This document shows, one piece after another, positions 1 to 11,952 of a stretch of DNA of 64,000 nucleotides. The stretch lies in assembly GCA_047495785.1 (NCBI GenBank), contig JBLDXI010000012.1, forward strand, positions 868,001 to 932,000. Reading direction: 5' to 3'. The stretch's first letter is position 1; each line of letters opens with the position of its first letter. The notes below the pieces were generated by a model. It saw nothing but the letters and a program-made list of their open reading frames with translations. It was not told the origin of the DNA and ran no database searches. The position numbers were made by a program, and so were the translations under genes. The stretch comes from Lepidodermella squamata (lineage: Eukaryota; Animalia; Gastrotricha).

Positions 1-328
1 GCGCATTAATTTGATTGGTTGTTGTATTCAAATCAGTAATTGAGAATTGGCCAACAGATAAGTATTGACGATTGACGAATTTCGACATGATGTTAGGGAT
101 CTATCGTGTTCGATATGGTAGATCATTGTAATCCTGGTAGTCGACATGTCCCTTGACTTGCCCACACTATCTTTGCAATAAAATATACACGATGGAGTGA
201 GCCCTCGTTAAAAGTAATAATAATTTAATAATAATAATACTTCTGCGCTTGTATATAGGATTGGATCATACTTGCAGTCAACCTCTACTCACAGTTCACA
301 GTCATAAAAGTGTCATAGTAGAAATGTT

Positions 329-1603
329 ATGAGTGCCTCATTATTCTTGCGCTGCTTCAACCTATCTCTAAAAATATGCGCAACATGTCTCTACATTACG
401 CTGCTCTTATTCCCAGCCTACATGTCAGTTTGCTCCCTATTCGATTTCATCGAAAAATTAAACGAAATTGCGGCCGAATCGAGAAATTCATCTGATACTA
501 ATTGCTCGGAAATGTGGCCCGATTTAGAGCTATTTTTAACAATTCCACCTAATGCCGTTGGCGAAAAGGAATTTACGTCTTGGTTTTTGCCATCATTAAC
601 TTTATTCTGGCCACTGAACCAACCGCTGAAACTTCTGCTTGTTACTGATAAGAGTGACGACGCAAAGTCGAACAATTTTACTGACAGAATGGAGAATCGA
701 TCTTCAATTTTTCGACCTGATATAAAAATCAGGAGTGTCCTAACAGGCGAGCCGCCATTTTCTGACAGCGGCTGGCACAAATCTCAATACCTGAAATTTT
801 GGGCCGATAATTTTACCTCGTCACAATTCGTCGGATTCGTCGATACTGATACAGTTTTCGTCACTCGAATTACAAAAGGAGACATTTTTCGCGACAATAG
901 GCCGATAATTCGAGCGATTTACGGCCGGCCCAAACAATCAGATTCCCATTTTTGGCGGCTAGTCCCAGGTCGAACGTTCGCCTTTACCGGCTTCAAGGAG
1001 CCGTTCAATTGCATGTCTAATTTTCCAGTAGTCATCAACACCTCTCATCTCGAATTTATTCGCGAAATAATTCGGAAACAAACAAATCAGACGAATTTTG
1101 ACCTAGCTTTCAGACAGGTGGTAAAGCGGAGTTTTTATTCTGAATACAACATGATCTGCACAATTTTGTGGTGGCAATTTCGGGATGATTATTACTGGAT
1201 AATTAACGAATCCCAACCTGGCTGGTCTGAAAATATCGATGGGCAAGTTTTGAGTCTAGAGGAGGCCGGCATTTCGATTGGAATGATGAATCAAGTTACG
1301 CCACATTTAGCCATTCATTGGTCGCATCAAAAGCAGAAAATTGGGATGAATTTCGACCAAGTCATGCGTAAAGGTGTTTGCTATGCGTTTATTACCGAGC
1401 CGGATTTCGCTCGACCGGCATTTTGTTGGAGGTTTCGTTACCAGCCTAGGCGCAAATTAAACAGGCTTGAGTTTCAGTTTGAAACCGATGACTTTTCACG
1501 TCGTCCGGGTACTTTGCTGGCTCACTTTCGAAGAATTGCTCGAATATCAAAATGCCTACACGAATTCGATGCAGAAAAATTGGCGAAATTAGACACTGTT
1601 TGA
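329..1603 (+). CDS. Intronless type II membrane protein, putative GT-A-fold glycosyltransferase-like
   Basis: 424-aa ORF with an N-terminal hydrophobic segment and a DxD motif after a hydrophobic strand (FVGFVDTDTVFV). Family not identifiable by eye. Confidence 0.55.
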   Translation: MSASLFLRCFNLSLKICATCLYITLLLFPAYMSVCSLFDFIEKLNEIAAESRNSSDTNCSEMWPDLELFLTIPPNAVGEKEFTSWFLPSLTLFWPLNQPLKLLLVTDKSDDAKSNNFTDRMENRSSIFRPDIKIRSVLTGEPPFSDSGWHKSQYLKFWADNFTSSQFVGFVDTDTVFVTRITKGDIFRDNRPIIRAIYGRPKQSDSHFWRLVPGRTFAFTGFKEPFNCMSNFPVVINTSHLEFIREIIRKQTNQTNFDLAFRQVVKRSFYSEYNMICTILWWQFRDDYYWIINESQPGWSENIDGQVLSLEEAGISIGMMNQVTPHLAIHWSHQKQKIGMNFDQVMRKGVCYAFITEPDFARPAFCWRFRYQPRRKLNRLEFQFETDDFSRRPGTLLAHFRRIARISKCLHEFDAEKLAKLDTV

Positions 1604-2197
1604 AAATCGCCAGATAAAAATAATAAAATCAGAAGATTGTCCAGTTTTTTTGGTGAACTAATTTACTCAGGGCTCAGATGAATTCTGAAAATCATAACGA
1701 AATTAATAAACAAGAAAAGATCTGCAGCAGTGCGCGCTTGTAAAGAAAACCCTCAGGTATTTTCCTTTCCAAGAAATTTTTCGAAAGAACTTTGATTTTG
1801 AAGGTTGATTTCATAGACAACTCTATACAGATCGGAAACTAGCGATCTTCCTATAGTAAATAAATTCACACCAAAACGTGAAAAAGTGGGCACGCGACCT
1901 TCATTTTTATTCACTCATCGCCCTATCCGCCCATAGTAATTTTTCCGATTTTTAATTATTTTCTAAAATTCCCAGAGAAAATCTTTCATTTCCCAAAAAT
2001 TTCTAACAAATTTACCGGAATACTAGAAGCGCTCCTCTATCGAATGAGTACCGCCTCACGAGACGGTTTTTTTTCTAACTTTTTTAAAATTATCTCAAAG
2101 TTGGTCACTTTTACGAAAAATCGCCATTTCAAAAGCCTTTCAGGACGGTAAAATTTTTCATTTTGAGCCGAAAAATTCCGAGAAAAACACTATGATC

Positions 2198-2450
2198 TTA
2201 TTCAATTTTTGCTCTATCCAAAGACATAAAACTTGAGCGAATCAGAATTTTTTTCGAATTTCGTGAAATTTTCGGACTTGTAATATTGGGATTTTGCGTG
2301 ATACTGCAAAATCTAAAAATAGCTATTAGGTTTTTTGTAGCTATTTTTAGCTCGCTCAAAGTAGCATCAAGCGAATGCAAATTTTGAAAAATTCAAAAAA
2401 ATTCTGATTCGCTCAAGTTTTATGTCTTTGGATAGAGGAAAATTGGATTA
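2198..2450. repeat. Fold-back inverted repeat, probable MITE remnant
   Basis: ~65-nt arms: ctctatccaaagacataaaacttgagcgaatcagaattttttt in 2198-2262 and its reverse complement in ~2387-2450. Confidence 0.8.
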
Positions 2451-2668
2451 GGTTGATTTGTTAACCATGCGCCCAGCTCCATGGCAAAAACAGGGAATTC
2501 GTTACTTGAAACTTTCAGGTAAATTTTCAAAGAAATATCGCCAATCGGATGAGGTCCAAGTCTAATTCCAGGCCCAATCTGGATAATGGAAACCGCGTCT
2601 GATCAATGTTATCGAATCGACGGCAAGAAATTTATATTAAAACGGGTGTGCCAACTGCACTTACTATA

Positions 2669-3471
2669 CCGTAAGGCGGTCTTACTTCGGACACTTTTGA
2701 CTTTGAGCTGGAATATCTCCTCAACCCCGGTGAATATAGAGACCGTTCAAAATGCAAAAGATAGCCCTGAGTCCTGGCTTTCAAATGACACCTTGAACAT
2801 TGAAAACGGATCAGTATGCGAAGAATAGTCCAACTTCTTCGCAGTCATGTCCCGCGACCCAAAATTACTAACTTTTCACTAAGTAGGTATTTTTCGCTGG
2901 AGAGAAGCGGAAAAGATAGAGCACTATCGATTTAGTAATGCTGTTATGTTCAAATCAATTTTTAACGAAAATTTTGATCAAGAAATACTTTAGAAAACAA
3001 ATTTTGTCCCGGGTAACTTCGGACAGCTTCAAACTACGGGAAATTCAAAAAGATGTCAATTGACCGTGACATTTTTCAAACTCCATATTTTAGTGAGAAC
3101 AGCACTAAGCTGCGTTGTGAGCACAATTCAATATTGAGGGTTCGAATCCCTCATCATGCATTTTGGTTTTTTTTAGATTTTTTCTTTAAATCTGCTCACA
3201 AATTTTTTCATCTCGCGTTGATGTGAACTTTGACCCCAATCTAAATATTCACACTGAGCTGTCCGAAGTTACCCCAGTTGTGTCCGAAGTTAGCCGGACT
3301 AGTTTTCCTTTAATACCTGTTCGGGAAAATTTTTTTTTTTCCGGAGTTGATACTAGAATATGCAGTTTTTCAAGGCGCATCTTTTGACATAGAGCCCGTC
3401 AAAAAATTCGTTCACCTCGAAAAACTAAGCCCCAAAAACACGTTTTTGTCCGAAGTAAGACCGCCTTACGG
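2669..3471. mobile_element. Non-autonomous Tc1/mariner/pogo-type element (MITE)
   Basis: Perfect 25-bp TIRs ccgtaaggcggtcttacttcggaca (2669-2693 and 3447-3471), flanked by TA on both sides. Internal copies of the acttcggaca motif at ~3016, ~3260 and ~3281. Confidence 0.92.
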
Positions 3472-3477
3472 TAAATA

Positions 3478-4051
3478 AGGTTCCAGCACTAAATTTGAAA
3501 GTGACTCGCACTAATCCTAATTTTCGACTTTCGGCCGGTTGGGCTTTCCTTTTGCGGCCTAGCTTAGGCTTAGGCCCGAGCGGCAGCTGTTCGGCAAGGC
3601 CGAAGGATGTTTTGATGGAAGCCTATGTTTATGTTCTGTGGCCAGCAATACGAACCTCGATTTGTACGTCGCGAAAACATTTCGAAGTAGTGAATCATGG
3701 CGCGGTTGGTGAGGCAAGAGCGGCCCTGATTCCACCACCATCAAGCTGCGCCAGTATCTGCGACGGGGTCGTCGGCAGACTCCTGAACTCACGTCCAGAC
3801 CTGCTCCTTGCCGCGTCGACGAATGGCAGGGTGGGGCACTTTCTCCATTTCAGAATGATAACCAGGAAATGATAAGGACGAGATGATGCAGTTGGTGATA
3901 TGATGACATAGGTAGCCGCCTTAAATATTGCTCAGCGGTGCGCCTAAGCTATTATTTAGTGCTGGTTTCATTATTTAGGCGGCGCGAAGATTTATAGCAC
4001 CGCCTGTTTGCATTTTAGGTGGACGCACTCATAAATTTAGCGCTGGAACTT
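3478..4051. mobile_element. Putative TIR element; the same terminus recurs at 30986
   Basis: aggttccagcactaaattt at 3478 with an imperfect inverted copy aaatttagcgctggaactt at 4033-4051. An identical 21-mer occurs at 30986-31006. No clear TSD. Confidence 0.5.
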
Positions 4052-4504
4052 GGCTGGAACATCATGTTAGATGGTGCATTATTTAGACCCAATAAAAACT
4101 CTTTCGGATGACTGTTGATTTTCATATGAATTAATTTTAATATTGCAGTTGGGAAAAATCTGCCAAATCTGCACTGGGCGTAATTTCAGCTCCCGTAGTG
4201 CTTCTCGCAAGTCGGTGAAAAATATTTGACCGTCCGCATATCGTGTTATCCTGCATAATACGTCCCTAAATCGGTCGAATTCTCATTAATTAGCTCGGTT
4301 AAATTGTTACATTTAATTATGGATTTTCGAATTTCAGTACAAAATCATGACGCAACAAAGCACGATTTTGACCCATTTTATAGATCCTGTTCTCGTAACA
4401 TTCAAATACCTCCTCCTTATCGATTCAAAAGCAGCCAAATCACCTCAGAAAATTGAATTATTGAAATTTTACTCGTTTGTTTTCACGCTTAGATTTATTC
4501 AAAA

Positions 4505-5437
4505 ATGTCTGAATCATTGGGAATTATTTGCAACAGCGGAAGAGCCGACATTGGCAATGGCGTCGAACTGTACTACGAACTTCGATCGGTAGCCAATCAA
4601 CCCATAACGGAACGCTTAGTCATGATCATGGGCACCGGCTGCACCTCGAAGCACTTCGACGAAGCCGCTACGGAGTTTGCCGCTAAATTTCCCGGCCTTC
4701 AAGTGCTGACTTTCGACAATCGCGGCGTCGGCCGGTCGTCACGCATCGCTGCCGCCCCTCAATCATGCGAAATGCTGGCGCAAGACACACTGAAACTACT
4801 TGACCTAGTTTTCGGGACATCGAGTTCCATCCACATCAACGGCATCAGCCTCGGCGGTATGATTGCGCAAAAATTGGCTGTCAAACTCATCAAAGCCGAT
4901 CGACTCAGATCGTTGTACCTCTGCAACACCGCGCCGGGAATTTGGATGAACCCGCTGCAATTTCTCGGCATGCGAGGCTGCCGATGGCTGATGAGTAAAA
5001 TCACCTACCCAACTCAAAAACAAATGGTTGAAAGCTTCATCACGCCGCTATCGTTTCCGTTCGGCGAAATGCCTGACATGACGTTTGAAGAAGTTACGGC
5101 TGTTCGCAAGAAGTTTATCGAAATTTGGATGGCCGAATACGACACTTGGTTCACGTTCAATGACGCTGATATCTGCGCGTCTCATCTAACAGCAGTTTTC
5201 GGGCACTATTTGACGGCGAGCGAAGCGGCGGCGATTCGCGATTCTGGTCGACTCGTCACGGTTCAGGTGAGCAAGCGTGACACAATTATTCCGCCCCGCG
5301 AGCAGTACCGACTGGCGAACATTCTCAAGGCTCGGCAGGTCGAGCTCGACCAAGGCCATGCTACTCGTAACCGAGCGATTGTCGACGCTTACGTCGATCA
5401 TTTTCGGCAGGCGACTGGAGAAAACGGCAAGGCGTGA
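4505..5437 (+). CDS. Alpha/beta-fold hydrolase (intronless)
   Basis: DNRGVGRS motif, nucleophile elbow GISLGG, acid in KRDTIIP, His in DQGH. Confidence 0.9.
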   Translation: MSESLGIICNSGRADIGNGVELYYELRSVANQPITERLVMIMGTGCTSKHFDEAATEFAAKFPGLQVLTFDNRGVGRSSRIAAAPQSCEMLAQDTLKLLDLVFGTSSSIHINGISLGGMIAQKLAVKLIKADRLRSLYLCNTAPGIWMNPLQFLGMRGCRWLMSKITYPTQKQMVESFITPLSFPFGEMPDMTFEEVTAVRKKFIEIWMAEYDTWFTFNDADICASHLTAVFGHYLTASEAAAIRDSGRLVTVQVSKRDTIIPPREQYRLANILKARQVELDQGHATRNRAIVDAYVDHFRQATGENGKA

Positions 5438-6028
5438 GCTGCCGATGAGATTTTGATGAGACATTTTTATCTAATATTTACCCAATAATTTCTGAATAGA
5501 CATTGATTTCATCGTGTATAAATTCACTCAGTACACAGTGATTACTTAGTATTGTTCTCGATAAATAAAAAATTAATTGAAATGACCCTGACATGATCTG
5601 CCTTGATGAAACGTGCAAGTGATACTAGGAGATGCGGCTGCGGTAGAATTACTGCATGAATGTAGAAGGCTGCTCGAAGCCAAGATACAATTTCAAACCA
5701 TGAGGTTTAGGCTAATGTCGCGGTTTTACCCAGTTTTCTTATCCGATCATAAGAATTTGTAAGTGAAATGAATCTTGAGATCTGTATGCGATCTTGTTTG
5801 AGATCACGAACTTGAACTTATATAGAGTCTCGATGATTGAGATGTCTAAAACGTTTGCCTGATAAAAGCTGACTTCCATGTCCATCAAAAATCCCAAAAT
5901 CAGCAACTTGTAAATTTGGTCATTCGAATAAGGCAGATTTTTCAGATTTTATTCCGTCAGTCAAATCGAGGATAAATTATCAATATCACTGCAAACTTAG
6001 GCGAGGAACAGTTTTTCAATTAAATTAT

Positions 6029-6626
6029 TTATTTGCTGGGAGCAGCACCGGTTTCGACGGCGACCGAGTAGGAGAAGTTGTTGGAGGCCGAGTAGCTGCC
6101 GCTCTTGCTGCCCTTGCGACCCTTGCCGTGCTTGCCACCGTGCTTCTTGCCGCCAAACCTTTTGCCGCCGAACTTCTTGCCACCATGGCCCTTCTTGTTG
6201 CCGTGCTTCTTGTTGTAGCCGCCGAAGGAGCCCGACCGCGAGTACGAGCCGGACATGGATCCGCGCTTGTGCACGCGCATGAACTTCTTGGTGGAGACCT
6301 TGCGGGTGTGCTTGTTCGTGCGGGCCGACACCGACGCGGACACGGACTTGGAGAACGAGGCACGGCGGTGCTTGCGCCCGGCGACGAAGGCCTTCTTGGC
6401 CGGGCGCTTCTTCATCGCGTGCTTCTTCGGCTGCCGGTTGTACGACACGCTGATGGAGACGCTCTTCGAGACGCTCTTGCCCTTGTTACCACGGCCAGCC
6501 TCAACGCTGGTGAAAGCTAGAGGCAAACACATAAAAGGTAGTATAGAAGAATATTAAAAACCATAACACGACCCACTCACCGAGGCCCAGAAGTAGGACA
6601 GCTGCTAGTGCGAGAAAAGCGCGCAT
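6029..6626 (-). CDS. Secreted, highly basic Lys/Arg/Gly/Ser-rich protein, copy A (exons 6626-6581, 6516-6029)
   Basis: Signal peptide MRAFLALAAVLLLGLAFTSVEA is joined by GT-AG intron 6580-6517. Strong GC3 codon bias. Paralog at 18.4-19.5 kb has the same intron position. Confidence 0.88.
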
Positions 6627-7141
6627 GGTGATCGAAGTTTTTTCAAGATTAGGATTATTTATCGAAAGCTATTACTGCAACTCTTGATTTTGCTGCTGCA
6701 TTCGCCAGCTTAAATATTGCATCAGCCAATTTTCAATCGCCATCGCGTTCAATTTCAGATGCGTAGCTTAATAATTATTGTAAACAGAAATTGGGGCAAA
6801 AATCGCCGAACTCTGTTCGAATCAATCAGCAGTTTCAATACAAGTGATAGATATAGGTACCCAATTGCCAGAGAGAAATATCGATTGAAAATTTCAAATA
6901 GCAAATAGCCTTGTTAATTTGCATGTTGGGCCTAAGGTCTTGACATATTCGAGACTTCCCAGATTCAGTGACGAGGCAATAGGTAATTTTAAACGTCGTA
7001 GTAGCGAAAAAGATACCGCAGAACAGATGTTCATTGAGAGTTCCAAGAAATCGATAATACGACGAGTCGGCTCACATGACTCTGGTCTCTGGATATAAGC
7101 ATAATACCATTTTCAGTATCCATGGAAAAATTATTTCGCAA

Positions 7142-8265
7142 ATGAGAACAATTCTAACTGGTTTATTCATTTTTACTATTGAACTCCTGCTTGTCGGCGC
7201 AAAGAAAGACCAATGCTCGTGGATCCCATCGATCAGCAATGTTAAGCCTGACAGCCTGAGAAAAATCAATCCAATTGCTTATGTTTTTCGAAACAATTAC
7301 TCAATCAAGGACTTGGAAAATGCTATAACATGTAAATTTTAATCAACATATTTTTTGAAAAATTAATTTATTAATTTTTCTGATTTAAAGTCGATCAAAA
7401 CTGTCAGTCAGACTTGGTGAGGACTCAGCCGCCTATTCTTGCCGTTAATTTGGCAGATTTTTCCATCGATGATATCAATCGAGTCTCAGAGCAGTTGACC
7501 GGGATCAAAAGGCTAGTCATCGTCACCCATGGCTGGAAAACTGGCTTCTGCTCAACCACATCATGGGCTCATCCCCTGATCAGCAGTATCCTACTAGCCT
7601 ATTCCGATGCTGCAGTTGTCTACATAGACTGGAAGAAAGGCGCGTCATCGTCTTTATACGACGTTCCGGCCGCAAATACCCGATTAGTCGGCGCCAAAGT
7701 CGCTGAATTTATCAAAGCTATTCTAGATTCGAAAACTGACGACGAGAAGCCGATGATTCATGCGATTGGTTTCAGCCTCGGTGCTCACGTCATGTCATTC
7801 ATGTGTAAATACCTCAAGGATTGCGATCGTCTCTCAGCTCTGGACCCGGCTGGTCCTGGGTTCCGGAACAACAGCCCGAGAGATCGAGTTGATCGATCGG
7901 ACGCGAATTTTGTCGATGTTTACCACTCGACTCAGTGCATCGGCATTGGGACTCGATCGCTGGGTCATCTCGACGTCTTCCTTAATAATGTTAAGAAAAG
8001 CCAACCGGGTTGCAAGAAGAATCTGAAACTGCTGACCAAGGCTGTTTTGAGTTCGAAGGCGAAACTCATGAAATTGGCTAATTGTGACCACCATACGGCG
8101 GCGACTTTCTACGCCAAGTCGGCTGTTTCCAGGATTGGCGAGAATGATGACGATTCAGGATGTTACTACGATAATGGCCGTGCTATTGGCTTATTCCTAG
8201 ATGAAGACAAGCCCGTGACTGGAACTATCAGGGTGAACAGGCCTTCAAGCTGCTTACATTTTTGA
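7142..8265 (+). CDS. Secreted pancreatic-lipase-family lipase/phospholipase A1, copy A (intron 7332-7390)
   Basis: Signal peptide; motifs THGW, GFSLGAH (Ser), ALDPAGP (Asp), DVYHS and CDH (His). Confidence 0.92.
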
Positions 8266-9611
8266 ACTAAACTTATCTTTGTTTCGTAACCGGTGGAAGC
8301 GTGCGGCCTGTGTTTTATTGGGAAAACCTATCTAATGAAAAATCTGCTCTCTGATAAGTAAAAAATAAATAAGGGAATTTTTGAAAGCAAAATCTGCTTT
8401 CGCACGCGATCTTTTTTGTTGAAAATGATTCAGTTGGTGCTTTTTTCAATTATTTTTCAATCATTCTCTTCACTCCTCATTTAAGTGTATAACTCATAAT
8501 GTAGCAATTCCCGAGATTGTGAATTCGTCGTCAACTCGAATTTTTATGGCATATTTTCATGGCATATTTTCATGGCAAATAGCTAAAGCATTATTTTTCT
8601 TCAAAAAAATCTGATCTATATCAAAACCTTCGGCCCATACCCAATTTGGCAAGTTTCGTTCCACCTGATATCGCTCTGAAGCGCCTTGAAAAGAATACAT
8701 GACTATTTTAAGCGTGCAATTCGCCAAGCCGAGCAGCGTGATGCGTCCAAATTGGGGAAAATATTATCAAAACGGTCAAGCAGACCCTTTTTAACACATG
8801 GCAACATTATTCTATGCTCAGACGCACACGACATGCGGTCATCAGGTCACGTGTCTTCGAACAATTGTCCAAATCAATGTTCATAGACTAAAAATTGCGC
8901 TCTATTAATTTATGATTCTACAAATCCCATGAATCTTCACACAATTCTTCAAGTAGTTTTTTCTAAAAAAATGTCAATTACCTACCGTAACTTTGGAGTT
9001 TTTCGAAGGGTAAAAATAACCTTTTCCCCAAAATAATATTTTAAAATTTGAACCAAAGATGGGCACAATTCTATTTCTGCCTTTTCCGGAAATTATAAGA
9101 ATTTGTCCATATTTAACTGATTTTTGGCAATTTGTAGCGTTTTCGGCTAACTTTTGATTGTTGGCGGTTAATTTTGGACGCTAATTTGCATATGCAACGG
9201 CCTTGTGAGTTTCAAGATGTGGGTCATATGTAATACTGCGTGCAAAATCGATTTTGATGACACTTTATAGTGCAGTTGGTGACAGTCCCAAAAAAACGGC
9301 TCCTAGCTCATCACCAAGCCTACGAGACACTGGTCCTTTATCCGTTTTTCCCGAATTTATACGATTTCCCAGCGCGGAGATATGCCTTTTAGACATCCTG
9401 GGGTTGTAGTCACCCTACAGGATTTTTTAAATATATAGGGTGGCAGGAAAATATGCCTTTTGGGCTTTAATGGCCTTTAGTGTCCAAAGTGTCCCAAAGT
9501 GTCCAAGGTTACTTTATCAGACCAAGGCGTTACGCTTTTCATATCAATTTTTGTTTCAATTTTACCCTTGAATTCAATTTTAGAGAATTCCTATAATTAT
9601 AAAGTATCATC

Positions 9612-10526
9612 ATGGTGTTTGCCGAAATTGGCGTTGCATTTACTTCATACGTTGCTGTTCGGAGTGCCGTTTTCGCTACGAAATTTTACCGAGCTCATTT
9701 TACCAAAAGCCGCGTCGATTTTTCAAAACTCTCAACGGCAATTGTAACTGGCTCTACGGATGGCATCGGCAAAGCTTACGCGTTCGAACTAGCTCGACTT
9801 GGCATGAAACGGCTGGTTTTGATCGCTCGAAGCCCCGAAAAACTCAGCTCAGTCTCAGCTGAATTGCAGTCAAAATACCCGAAAATCGAAGTTCGAACAA
9901 TCCAAGCCGATTTCCAAGAGACGAATATTTACCCGGAAATCGAGAAAAAACTGGCTGATTTACGTGATATCGACGTTTTGGTTAACAACGTCGGTGCGAA
10001 TATCAATGTGCAGAAACGCGTCCATGAAATGTCGCGAGCTAATTTATTTAAAATGATCAACATCAACATGACCTCAACTGTTTTAATGAGCCACCTCGTG
10101 TTGCAAAAAATGATTGCGGACAAAAGAAGGGGCGTAATAATTAACATTTCTTCAGGAGCTGCTAACGTTCCAGCTTATGGCCCGATGTACTTCTCAGCGA
10201 AAACTTTCGTTTCAAGGTTCAGCGACGGTCTGTCGATTCAATATGAAAACGAGAAATTCGGCATAACGGTTCAAGTGGCTGAGGCTCATCTTGTTCGAAC
10301 GAAATTGGCCCGGTTTATCGATGGCATTTTCTCAGTGAGTGCTGAAGAATATGCGAGACAAGCCTTGGCAACTGTAGGTCATTTACACAGGACCTCAGGC
10401 GCGACGAAGCATGACATCGAACGCATTCTCTATCAGCTTTATCCGAGGCGTGTTCACCTGTTTTTGCTCCATAAATTTCAGGAGAAAATTACGGAAGCTG
10501 CCCAGAAGAGTAAAACTAACGATTAA
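9612..10526 (+). CDS. Short-chain dehydrogenase/reductase, HSD17B12 / very-long-chain 3-oxoacyl-CoA reductase-like
   Basis: TGSTDGIGKAYAFELA, LVNNVG, INISS and catalytic YFSAK (YxxxK). Confidence 0.9.
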   Translation: MVFAEIGVAFTSYVAVRSAVFATKFYRAHFTKSRVDFSKLSTAIVTGSTDGIGKAYAFELARLGMKRLVLIARSPEKLSSVSAELQSKYPKIEVRTIQADFQETNIYPEIEKKLADLRDIDVLVNNVGANINVQKRVHEMSRANLFKMININMTSTVLMSHLVLQKMIADKRRGVIINISSGAANVPAYGPMYFSAKTFVSRFSDGLSIQYENEKFGITVQVAEAHLVRTKLARFIDGIFSVSAEEYARQALATVGHLHRTSGATKHDIERILYQLYPRRVHLFLLHKFQEKITEAAQKSKTND

Positions 10527-10789
10527 TGACTTTCATTTCCTAAACATGTGACTCGAATTTTGATTGCATTTTGTTAATAAAAGGAGAAATTAATTTTTTA
10601 AATTGTAAGACGGTGAAAAATCCACCCTCTATAATTTTTTTTAACAATTATTCTTTGATGAATCGACGTCGGAGTTGGATACCGTGACGAGGGGTATCTT
10701 TGGACAAAATGAGTTTCTTGAACATTAAAACTCAGCCATCGCTCCTACATTTCTGAAATTTTCACCGAAGAAAAGGGCAAGGAAATTGG

Positions 10790-11200
10790 CCTTCGAAGTT
10801 TTACGCGCACATATTGCCAATTTAAAAAAAAGCGCACTTACAATTTTTTATTGCATCATTTAATAATTCGTCGCGCAATAAATTGTTATTGTCTTATGCG
10901 CATTTGAGAGTTTAGGGATAGTCTGAGGCGAGGAATCTTGAAAGATATTCAACAGTTTTGATGGAATCAAGCTAGTTCTTCAAGCTAGTGGCATCAATCT
11001 ATAAATCGATTCGGCGACACTTTGTGGTTTACTGTCTTTTGAGGAATGATGGGAGCGTCCTAGAGGTCTGAAATTCGGAAATATTTGAAATCCTCAAGAA
11101 AAACTGAATAAGAATATATTGTAATCCTTCTTCAATAAGTCAACTTATTTTTCCGATTCGCTGGAAAATGCAGAAAACTCGGAAGACCCCAATTTCAACG
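10790..11200 (+). repeat. Diverged dispersed repeat, copy 1 (copy 2 at ~12826-13260)
   Basis: Collinear blocks shared with copy 2, e.g. ttatgcgca, tctgaggYgaggaat, gatgg.atcaagctagt, ttcggcgacacttt, gtcttttgagg, gatgggagc. Confidence 0.75.
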
Positions 11201-11705
11201 GTCAACTGCTTTTGGCTAACTTCGGACAATTATAGGGTAACCATGAGGGTAATTTTGGACGCTCATTTGCATATGCAATAGCATTGGGTGTTTTTACATT
11301 TTTTTTACTAGAACAGATTACGAGAGATGTTGAATGTTGATTGTATGGGAATGCCAAATTTTGATTTTTGTTTAGGGACATTCTAGGCTCGATTTGTGAG
11401 GTCAAAAACCAACTAATATTTCGCAGGGTCGGGTCGTGCGTTCGGGTTAGTGGGAGCGGTCGTGCTGGTGGTTGACAGACAATGGGGCTTATTCGGTATA
11501 GCTGAATGTTAATGATGTATTAATTTCAGTAGTAATAAAGGATTCCTGTAGAACTGTTTACTACCACTTTAATTGTCATGGAATACTAGGTAGATTTCTG
11601 GGAAAATTTGAACATTTTTAATATCCCCAGTTTCTTTTCAATGTGGAAATGAATACTCACAAATGAACGACACAGGCTAATCAATTTGAGGGAAGTTTCG
11701 AGATA

Positions 11706-11894
11706 TCGTTAGCGACGTTGAATAACTCGGATTTAGGCTTGTTTACATCTTTTTCAAAGTGATAGGTGACAAGTAAAAAGCGGCTTTTTAACTTAAATTA
11801 TGTGGCAAAAAACAAAAGACTTTTTACTTGTCAACTGCTGCCTTGAAACGGATGCAAACAAGCCTAAATCCGAGTTATTCAACGTCGCTAACGA
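11706..11894. mobile_element. Palindromic MITE with TA target duplication
   Basis: Arms atatcgttagcgacgttgaataactcggatttaggcttgttt are perfect for ~40 nt and imperfect to ~75 nt, spanning 11703-11897. Confidence 0.85.
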
Positions 11895-11952
11895 TATTAA
11901 GAATGGAATTCAAGTTATCAACTTTTTGAAATAACTTTTGAATTCTACTAGA

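Noticed and set aside
3562-3575. gcttaggcttaggc as a telomeric TTAGGC seed
   Set aside because: Only two units, inside a repeat element; consistent with chance.
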